Assembly: GCA_001687465.1 (NCBI GenBank)
Contig: LVLI01000006.1
Coordinates: 186,001-228,510 of the forward strand
Direction of reading: 5' to 3'
Origin: Halocafeteria seosinensis
Taxonomy: Eukaryota
DNA length: 42,510 nucleotides
The translations under genes and the position numbers were made by a program. Of the stretch, positions 10,876-20,879 are shown in pieces (within the stretch, counting starts at the first letter, position 1; each line of letters opens with the position of its first letter). The notes under the pieces are model-generated. The model searched no databases. It was not told the DNA's origin and saw only the letters and a list, made by a program, of their open reading frames with translations.

Positions 10876-13800
10876 AACTAGTAGCTAACTTTGGGTGGAG
10901 GATGTGAAGATGCAGGATGGCTCAAGACGGTCGATGAATATTTCAGAGGGGCCGACAACTTCATTTACCATGCAGGTGTGCAGTATATTTTGGACTCGGT
11001 AACCACATGGCTGCAGGATAATCCTGACCGCAAATTCATCTACGTCGAAGTGAGTGTGGAGTCAACCGGGTATCCATTGCTGTCGAGAAGTACTTGAGCA
11101 AACCACTTGCAGGATGCGTTTTTCGAGCGATGGTGGCTTGAACAGAGTGAATCCAAAAAGAACCAGGTTCGAGAACTCGTTTCATCAGGTCAATTGGAAT
11201 TTATCAATGGTGGTTGGTGTATGCACGACGAAGCTACACCGAGTTACATTGACATGATTGACCAAACGACTTTGGGGAATCGATTCTTGTATAACGAGTT
11301 CGGAGTTGTTCCTAAGACTACTTGGCAGGTAAAGCCACGTTGATCCATGCTCACTAAATTGTTCTTTCATCGATTTGTGGATTTCCAACAGATTGATCCC
11401 TTCGGACACAGTGGCGTACAAGCGTCACTCTTGACAGGGCTGAGTGGGTACCACGGCTTGTACTTCGCTCGGATAGACTATCAAGACTTCTTAAATCGAG
11501 AAAAGAACAAGGACATGGAAATGATATGGAGAGGGTCTGATAGCCTTGGAAAAGGAGCCCAAGCCTTTACTGGTGTTTTGTATTACTTTTACTGCCCTCC
11601 TCCTGGTCTGTGTTTTGACCAGTCTTGCAACCTTGCCACTCCAATTCAAGATGACGAGCGCATCTTTGGAGTCAATGTGGATTACCTCGTCGACTTGTTT
11701 GTTACTGACGCATTGCTACAAGCAGGGAACTATCATGGTGACATTATGTTTACTATGGGATGCGACTTTAATTATGAGCAAGGTACGATTTTCAATGTAG
11801 TGCCGCCTAAACTTGAGCCTCCACTGCTTCTGAGAATCCTTCGCAGCGGACGAGTATTACAAGAATCTTGACAAACTCATCCATTACGTCAATAAGGATG
11901 GGAGAGTCAACGCCTTTTACTCCACACCTAGCATCTACACTGAGGCCAAGAACAAGCTGAACCGTTCGTGGTCTGTTAAGACCGACGGTATGTTACCAAG
12001 GCCATTCGAACAAACGTCTAGTTTGGAATAGTTTATTGATACTGTTGCTTACCACAGACTTCTTCCCCTACGCGGGTGCGCCATTCGCTGTATGGGCAGG
12101 ATATTATACCTCCAGACCATCGCTAAAAGGCTATATCAGAGATACCTCAAGTTTCCTGCAGAGCATGAGGGCGTTGCTGTGGGCGGCAGATATCCGGAAC
12201 GCAGACATTGAGTTTCTGGAGAAAACGATGGGGTTGTTACAACATCACGATGCAGTGACAGGGACTGAACGGCAACTGGTCGCCTTCGATTATGCCAAAC
12301 GAGCTGCCATGGGTCATGATCGTGCATTAAAGCCAATGAGTGAAGCGATTCGAACTCTCACCAACGCCAACGTTCCAGGTTGGACGGATTGCCCCTTAAC
12401 CAATGTTTCCATTTGCGATGTGTCCGAGTCGAATGACAACTTCGCCATGGTGATAACAAATCAAGTTGGTCAAGAAAGAAGCGTATTTGTGCGCACGGTC
12501 GTGTCCGTAAAGAATAGCGGATCTTGGAAAGTCATCGATTCAGATGGAAATGATGTCGTTGCGCAGCTTGTTCCGTTATCTGAACGTGATAAGTCCCTGA
12601 GAAGTATTAACCTGAGGTTTGATCAAAATCAAGAAAATGTTCAATGGTTGGTTTTCCGGAGCAGATCGCTTCCTGCATACGGTTTCGATACTTACTTCGT
12701 TCAAGCGACATCTTCTGACGGTGCTACTTTAACAAGCTTGTCACGGGTGCGGCACTTGTATAGTTCCTCCTTACGAGGGATCCCCTTTGATAACTTTTCT
12801 ATTGGGAATGAATTGATTGAGCTCCAGTTTGACGGTACAAGCGGTCTCCTAGAAATGGCGAGAAACAAACTGAGTGGAGTCTCAATGTCCCTGGAACAGA
12901 AATTCATGTGGTGGAACGCATCTACTGGGAATGGTAGTCTGTTAGATGCTCAAACATCTGGAGCATATGTATTTCGACCGAATAAAACTTATGCGTTCAA
13001 TATCTCAAATACAGTGGGTGCGACGACAGTTGAAGGTCCAGTTGTGCAAGAGGTTCGACAGACTTTCGCTAATTGGGTGACCCAAGTAATTCGTGTTGTG
13101 AGTGGTTCAGTCAGTGCTGAATTCGAATGGACAGTGGGGCCCATTCCAATCGCTGTAAGTATCAGTGAGTTTCATTGTCTGTGTCTTTGAAGTTCACCAC
13201 GCGTAAGATTCTCCAATTGGCCACAGGATCATCTGGGGAAGGAGATCATTTCCCGATTCTCGTCGGACCTGTCTACCGACAAGACATGGTATACTGACTC
13301 CAATTGTCGAGACTTCTTCAAACGCCGAAAAGATTTTCGTCCAACGTGGAATCTTACCGTAACTGAGCCGGTGGCAGACAACTATTACCCTGTCGACTGT
13401 GGCATGTATAATACTGATGTGAACGATGGGCGAATGCTGTCAATAGCTAACGACAGGGCGGAAGGAGGAGCTTCCCTGCGAGATGGTGAATTGGAGCTAA
13501 TGGTCCATCGTCGGCTGCTAAGGGATGACTTTGAAGGGTACGCCGTATCTTTTCCTTCTTCAGACGAAATAAGATGCAAAAGGGTTTGATATGTATGTGT
13601 GCAGACTTAACCAGGCGCTCAACGAGACGGGTTTAACAGGAGAGGGGTTGATAACTCGGGGGCTTCACCGTTTGGGTATCGGCAACTCCTCGGAAACGGT
13701 TGTTACTCTACGAGAAAATTTCCAAGAAAATCTGTTTAAACCTTTGATTGCGTATGCTCCTATGAACGGCGTTGACGTAAAGACCTGGTTACAGCAGTAC

Positions 13801-14249
13801 ACCGTCAGGTCTTCTACTTTGAACCAGCCTTTGCCGAAGAATGTCCATTTGCTGACAGTAGACAATCAAAACTACGGGTCGAAAGTCTTGGTTCGGCTAG
13901 CCCATCTTTATGAAAGGCATGAACCAGCTCCTTACTCACACAATGTGACGTTGGAGCTCGCAAATCTTTTTAGTGACATCAAGATCACGTCTGCAGAGGA
14001 GTACAACCTAAGAGCAAACCAGCCTGTTTCAGAATTCCAATCCATGGAGTGGAAGGTATGTTAAGATTGAGCGCCCTGCCGTTGCCGTAAACCTTCCATT
14101 TGGCTGTTGCATTGCAGGTCCAAGGCGAAAGTGACGTGCCTGAGAGCTTGCTAGAATATTTCTCCCAGAATCCCCCCTCCGGTTCCAATCTGAGTTTTTC
14201 CCTTCGCCCCATGGAGATCCGCACATTCATTTGTGAATATGAGCGATAA
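10645..14249 (+). CDS. GH38 lysosomal-type alpha-mannosidase, copy B, 9 exons, ~1011 aa
   Basis: Exons 10645-10807, 10916-11049, 11113-11328, 11392-11782, 11847-11987, 12058-13154, 13227-13537, 13605-14055 and 14118-14249. It has the same motifs as copy A ([38 protein letters not shown]). Confidence 0.95.
10827..10873. repeat. (TG)~23 microsatellite in intron 1 of mannosidase B
   Basis: Perfect TG run inside intron 10808-10915. Confidence 0.95.
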
Positions 14250-14622
14250 ATGTACCACGTACAGGTAGCGGCGGTAGGTATGCTGCACTCTCCTCAGTTC
14301 TCGTGGGGACAGGAATTATTGCAAGCGTCGTAACGCGGGTATGCACTCTAAATAGGTTAATATCAGTGAAAAAGCCAAAAGTTGAATACATGCGCAGCCG
14401 CTGACTACATACAAGTCAGCGAATGGGCACTACTATGCCGACTTGCAAGTGCACTTCTGACACTTTCTGGTATTGTGCGAAGACACGAGTGCGGAGTGAT
14501 ATACATATACTGTCATGTCTCATTTATGAGTTTGTTGCTTCTCAGTGACGTGACTCATGACTCTTCCAGTGCATTTCTTACTTACTGTTTGAATAGCACC
14601 CACTTTCATACAATTTTAGAGA

Positions 14623-14732
14623 ATGAAAGTATCTGCTTGCTTCCGGTTCTGGTCGCCTTCGATTATGCCAAACGAGCTGCCATGGTTCGGCCGATGGAGA
14701 TCCGTACTTTTATCTGCAAATATGGGCGGTGA
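14623..14732 (+). pseudogene. Collapsed remnant of a third alpha-mannosidase copy
   Basis: 14649-14685 is identical to copy B 12276-12312 ([12 protein letters not shown]) and joins directly to a C-terminal [14 protein letters not shown] segment. It is preceded by ATG AAA GTA TCT GCT TGC (MKVSAC, compare B MKVGGC). Confidence 0.75.
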
Positions 14733-15168
14733 ATAAGCTTCATTGGAGTATGTTTAACTTGGAAAGCGCTGCCACATTGCTTGCAAAATGCTTGTAGCTA
14801 CAATCATTAAGCGAGATACCAACCGCTGGAGCAGAGTTCTCGAGTACACCGGAGGAAGTCTTGCTCGAAAATGGAGCTAGGGTAGGAAGAAGCAGAGAGT
14901 AACCTTAGAATAGTGAAGTTGCCACTTTACGTACGGCTACCTATAGTTCATAAGGAGAGCCTTCAGAGTGAAGATGAAACCAATGATTCGATGTGTCCTT
15001 TTCCGCTCCTTTTCGTTCGTACAATTCTTACTACGGAACGAGCTGGCTGCAATCCGGGCCCGGCGCTGAGCCCGGGCGAGAAAAGTGACACCGCATAATC
15101 CTTCATACCCCTTTCCCAAGCTGGTTTATTGCTGTGTACGCCCGTTTCCGAGGTTCATATCGAGTACT

Positions 15169-18100
15169 ATGTCTTCGTCGTCAGGCGCATCCTCCGCGTC
15201 TCCTCTGGAGACTGTGAGGAGAGCGTTCTTTGTGGCATGTGGTCTGGAAGAGAAGACCGCGGTGGAAGCCTTGTCCAAGGCGAAAATTGCTGATGCAATG
15301 GAATCCATTTTTTTCGAAGCTTTCCCGACGAACTACGAGCTGAGGAAAAAGTATGAAGATCTCCTTCGTGAAGAGAGCAAGACCGGGAAAGAGAAGAGAG
15401 AGGAATTTGAAGCTGCCATTGGACAAGGGAATCGACTGAGCAACAACGTGGCGAAGTTACTGTTTGAAGCTGCTGGAACTCTGAAGGACACGGCACAGGC
15501 ATTCCGGTCGTTCCTTGTCAAGAAGATTGTGTCGGGTGATCTCTCCAACAAAGAGCAGGTCATGGAGGCGGTCAAGTACTTGAATAAACTGGCACGAACC
15601 AAAGATGCTGACCTCGACGAAGCGGAATTTAACGAGGTTTGTGGTGTTGGAGTGGAAGTGTCCAATCAAGAATTAGAAAATAAAATCGATGAAATTATTG
15701 ACGAGAACAAGGAGAGGGTCTTGGAAGAGCGATATCTCTTCCCTTACAAGTCGCTGATCTTCCATATTCGAGATGACCCAAGGCTGAAGTGGGGCGATAA
15801 AAGTTTTGCCGTGTCGAAGTTGCAAGAGAAGGTGGAAAAGCTCCTTGGACCCAAAACGGAAGAGGATGAAAGGGCTGCGAAGGAAAAGAAAGGAAAGGGG
15901 AAACAAAAGGGAAAAGGAAAAGAGAAAGACACTGCTAGTGATAAACATGATGGTAAAGGGCCGAACAGCGGGCCAACCAAAGGACCGGTTGAGGATGACA
16001 GCTTTGTTGGGCGCGATCTAGCAGCTGCGAACAACAGCAAAGAGTTAAAACGCGAACACGCGCAAATAACAGGTGGGATTACACGTACTAGGTTTCCCCC
16101 GGAGCCAAACGGATTCCTTCACATAGGCCATGCTAAGAGCATGAATTTGAACTTCTACGGAATATTTAAAGCGTTGGGAATGGAGCAACCAGGACACACA
16201 CTCTTCCGGTACGATGATACCAATCCTGAAGCTGAAACCGACGAATACATTGATTCTCAGGTGAGTTTTGCGAATTCGTTGTGGCTAGCTGTGCTGTGAG
16301 GAGAATCTTTTGCACGTCAGTATGAGCAATGCATTTTCGCATTTTCCGTGCTTATAAACAATATCGATCTAGTCTGAGCACTTACTCTTCCGATCGAACG
16401 AATTGATATCCCATTCATCCTTTGGAAGGTAACTATCTTTGTGTCTTGTTTTTCTCAGGCGGAAAACGTTTCCTGGCTCGGATGGAAACCTTATAAAGTC
16501 ACCCATAGCTCGGACTACTTTGATGAGCTCTATAGACTGGCTCGGGAATTGATAAAAAGAGGAAAAGCCTATGTATGCCATCAGACGGCAGAAGAAGTAA
16601 AAAAATGCCGCGAGATAGCTAGGTAAGTCGTAAGAAAGACACATAGCAGATCCTCTCGTAGTGCAAGGAGATGTCCTCTTCTGGGTGCCTGTGGCAGAGC
16701 AAAATCCGGTGATCCTCACAGTCCTTGGAGGGACAGATCCATTAATGAATCCTTGAGAGAGTTTGAAAAGATGAAAATGGGGATTTACGGCGAAGGGGAA
16801 GCGACGCTCAGAATGAAAATAGATATGAGCTCTCCTAACCCGTGTATGTGGGATCCGGTAGCATATAGGTATGTCACTTGTGCTGTTGAGAATCGTTTTC
16901 GTTGACTACACTAACGTCCTTATGTCCTATTTATTGGTCTGTTGCTTCCAGGATTAAGTTTGTTCCTCACCCCAAAACCGGTGAAACTTGGTGTATATAT
17001 CCGAGCTACGATTTTACGCACTGTCTGGTTGACTCTTTGGAGCACATTGATTACTCGCTGTGCACTCTTGAATTTGAGGTGCGGCGAGACTCCTACTATT
17101 GGCTCCTGGAGGCTCTGGACCTGTGGAGACCGATGGTATGGGAATTCTCAAGACTTAATCTTACCCACACAGTCCTGAGCAAACGGAAGATTCTCAAGCT
17201 AAAGAATACTGGTGTCGTAAGTTCTGGCGTTGTGAAAGGAGTTGTAGAGATTATACACGAACTTGCTCCCCTCGTTTTACCACAGCTACGTGGGTGGGAT
17301 GACCCTCGTATATTAACTATCAACGGATTGAGGAGAAGGGGCTATACCCCAAAAGCGATTAACGATTTCTGCCAAGCAATTGGGGTGACTCGGAAGGATA
17401 ATGTGATACAAATGGAGCTCCTAGAGCACTGTTGTCGGAATGACCTTGATGCACATACTCAGAGGAGGTTTGGTGTCCTCAGGCCATTAAAATTGGTGTT
17501 GACCAATGTCCCGGATGACCATTACGAGGAACTGGAAGTGAACAACCATCCGAAGGTAAGGTTCGACCAACGCTACTGTTTAGACGATTTTCTGAGTACT
17601 TCTCGACTTGGAGGTGCAGGATGCTAGTATGGGCTCTCACAAGAAGCCTTTGAGCAAAGTAATATACATTGATGAGGATGATTTCCGTGAAGAGGACATG
17701 GCCAAGTTCTTTGGATTGGCACCAAATAAAATGGCAGGTCTTCGATATGCCGGTAATGTTGTTTGCCAGGACGTTGTCAAGGATGATAGTGGGAAAATAT
17801 TAGAAATTAGAGCAGAATACTGTGCGGATAGGTCGAACGGTAAACCAAAAGGAAATCTGCATTGGGTAAGCGCACCACCCGGAGAGACACCAGCGCGTGC
17901 TGAGATGCGAATTTATGATCGCCTATTCAATCATCACGATCCATCTAATGCACCGGGAAATTGGGAAGATTATGTTAACTATGACTCCGAACTCGTTTTG
18001 AAAAACTGCTTCATTGATCGTGATCTCGTGTCAGCGCCTGTCCTATCGAAATACCAACTCGAACGCGTCGGCTACTTTTGCAAGGATTTGGATTCTACTG

Positions 18101-18759
18101 AGGATCACCCGGTATTTAATTTGACGGTGTCATTGAAGGAATCCACCGAGGTCAAGAATGTAAAGGGCAACCTTCAAGAGAATACTGCAGCTGCGAAGCA
18201 CTCAGGGTCTACCAGTCCTGTCACGTTTCCCAAGAAAGACAGAAATACCATTGACCCGTATTCAAGAATAGATCTTAGAGTCGGTAAAATTCAGCGCGTC
18301 TGGGATCATCCATCTGCCGAAAGGTTATATTGCGAGGAGATCGATATTGGAGAGGGTCAGCCGCGTACCATTTGTTCTGGGATCGCTGATCACTACACGA
18401 AGGAGGATCTCCAAAACCGTTTAGTATGTGTAGTGGCTAACCTGAAGCCTCGTGCCATGCGAGGAGTGACAAGCGCTGGAATGGTGCTGTGTGCTTCTGA
18501 TTCTGATAAAAAGCATGTAGAGCTAATTGAGCCTCCATCAGGATCTGAGGTTGGGGAACGCATTGGCGCCGAAGGCTACACCGACGATGAGCCTGATGAG
18601 GAGATTAATCCTGCCAAGAAGAAAAACAATCCCTGGGTGGAGCTTTTAGAACATCTGCAGACTGCCGAAGACTGTTCGGCCGTGTATAAGGGGAAGAAGC
18701 TGTTCACTAGTGGAGGGATATGCAGCAGTAAGACTCTTGCGTCTTCTACAATTTCGTAG
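15169..18759 (+). CDS. QARS: Glutaminyl-tRNA synthetase (eukaryotic type) with C-terminal EMAP II/Trbp111-like tRNA-binding domain, 6 exons, ~1033 aa
   Basis: Exons 15169-16260, 16459-16622, 16698-16868, 16952-17216, 17286-17555 and 17620-18759. Motifs [69 protein letters not shown] and QLERVGYF. N-terminal eukaryotic extension (CGVGVEVS...LKWGD). The C-terminus reads IDLRVGKI...[21 protein letters not shown]. Confidence 0.95.
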
Positions 18760-18916
18760 GTTATAATATATTCTTAACCATATCTGAAGTGTTATCTGTT
18801 ATGTAATTATGAGCGCGCACCTCACCATTTGTGTTACTAGAGAGGCTTTGCCAAGCGAAGTCTTCATCTAGGCTCCGTTTTACATCCAACTAGTCATAGT
18901 CCTCTTGAACAGTCGC

Positions 18917-20323
18917 CTATTTGTGGAATCCGCCTGCCAAGAACAATTTTCCGAAGCTTTGACCTGCAAACTGGTTTATCTGTGAGCAGTAATTGGAAAC
19001 TTGCGCAGACATAAGCAAGACTTCCAATCGTTGATGACCACTCTCTTGCAACGGTCTGAAGCAAGGTTCATTGGGATCCTCGAGGGGGAGAGGGGGGAGC
19101 CCTTCTTGATGCCGTTGCTTATTGAGTTCCTGGCGGGCAGCTATAAAGTCTTCCTGCTGCGCTTTTTGGTGCATTATATCCCTTTCGTGGGAAGTGTTGG
19201 CAGTTTGCGCACCGGCTAAGTCTTCAATCTGATCGCTTAAGAATTGCAGATTTTTTTCCAGGAAAGGTGTAGCGCTTAAGTCCAGACGGTCAACATCTGT
19301 GTTCAAAATACTCTTTCCCACTTCTCTACTGGATAACGAGGTAGTAGCGTAGTTGACAGCGCCAGATATTTCTTTGGATTTCTCCTTGCTTTCCAGATCT
19401 GCCATCAGTGCTTGTAAGAGTGCGGGATTGTGGATTCTAACAGGAATTTCTTCAAAAATAGTTCCAGAAGTGAGAGGAACCTTCGCCGCGTCTTCCACTG
19501 TAATCCTTTTGTCTTTATATGCACTCATGAAAGTATCTGTAAGTCTGAGAGCCTTAATCGAAAGAGTCCCTGAAGATGACCGCACAGGGTCATATACAAT
19601 GGCCACTGAATTGGGTCCTAGATGTTCTTGAAATTCATATTGGGTAATAATGAGGTCCTTATTGCAGTATGAGCCAAGGTAGGTCGACTGGTACCATCCC
19701 ACTTGGTTGTTATCCACGTTGACCTGCGGTGTTTCGAGTTTAAACAACCACCAGTTTGAACAGGCGAACGCGGACAATCAGTTATTGACGCAGACAAAAA
19801 TACATACGTCTCTTAATGCTTTAAGCATATCCATCTGAGGATCGACATCGTCTTTATCAGATGATGAATTAGACGATGGAAAGGGGAAGCAATGGGTGAC
19901 TTCCAAGCGATTATCCACGTCCAAGCCTAACAGTGATCCCGCGACGAAGGTGGGGAGACTCTCACTGCAATGCTTGATTATTTTCATCACAGCCTGCATT
20001 TGACAATATAGAACAAACACTTTAATAGAGGGCATTATCCTATTCGAAAAACTCCAAAAAAGGTTCTAAAGGGGCCAGACGCTCCCCCATCGGTGTCACT
20101 ATGCCTTACTACCACTTTACGGAAGATTAACGTCACTTACCAGGCCATCTAAATAAACCCTATCTATTTTCTTCCCACTTGAGCCACCTGTTTCCCCAGC
20201 ACTATAGCCCAATGTGTTGCTAAATGCTTGGGAAGGGTTCTGGACCACGGAGGCTGCTGTGGCCTTTTTATCACCTCCTTGGCCTCCACCTCCCCATTGT
20301 CGACGATTATTGTTGTACGACAT
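18917..20323 (-). CDS. EIF3H: Eukaryotic translation initiation factor 3 subunit H (MPN domain), 3 exons
   Basis: Exons 20323-20141, 19993-19808 and 19723-18917. LDGL|AVMKIIKHC...GSLLGLD...LEVTHCFPFP, LRD|VNVDNNQVGWYQSTYLG, IVYDPVRS, IFEEIPVRIHN, and YCSQINQFAGQSFGKLF. Confidence 0.92.
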
Positions 20324-20879
20324 TGTGGACAGACGGGAAGTTCAACTATACTCCAGCAAGAGATCCCGAGAAACCATTGCAATCTAAGCGTATTCAGCCT
20401 CCAAAGTGGACGTCCTACATAAGTGCCATATTTGATTGTCTCGTTGAAGTTAGAGAGGGTTCACTGGGAGTCCGACCGCCAGCACTGATCTCCTCAGCAC
20501 AGTGGCCCACCAGTGCTTTGTGTACCCAGTATCTTCATAAGAGGTTATATGTGTGTTGGAAAGACGGTGGTGAGTGGAGCCTGCCTTCTTCAGACGGTAC
20601 TGGAATTGAGGAACAAACTGCGTCGTATACATGGTGCCTTTGTACCTAAGTTATTCATTTGGTCACTGGAACTCTCAACTGGGGTCTCAAGTTGTCTTAA
20701 CCTGAAGCGCGGTACAGACACATATTGAGCTCCGTACTCGAAAATCGAATAGCTCAACCAAATAAATTGAAATGGGAACAGAAATGGTATTGAAACGTTT
20801 TCCAGCGACATGTAGATCTACCGGTACGTCATACAGTAGTTAAGCAAACCCTGAAACCCGAGTCTCAGGAGACTGAGTC

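Noticed and set aside
5930..14249. Fragmented mannosidase ORFs as pseudogenes or evidence of an alternative genetic code
   Set aside because: Every break is explained by frame-consistent GT-AG introns shared by both copies.
14382..14732. 116-aa ORF as a real gene
   Set aside because: It starts at a non-ATG codon and only its last ~27 codons are meaningful (the mannosidase relic).
15054..15077. GC-rich palindromes (CCGGGCCCGG, GCCCGGGC) upstream of GlnRS
   Set aside because: Short and not repeated elsewhere; no function can be supported.
20400..20830. Small gene between eIF3h and the coiled-coil gene
   Set aside because: Only short non-descript ORFs, with no convincing start, splice model or motif.
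20846..20859. AAACCCTGAAACCC telomere-like sequence
   Set aside because: Only two imperfect units, compatible with chance.
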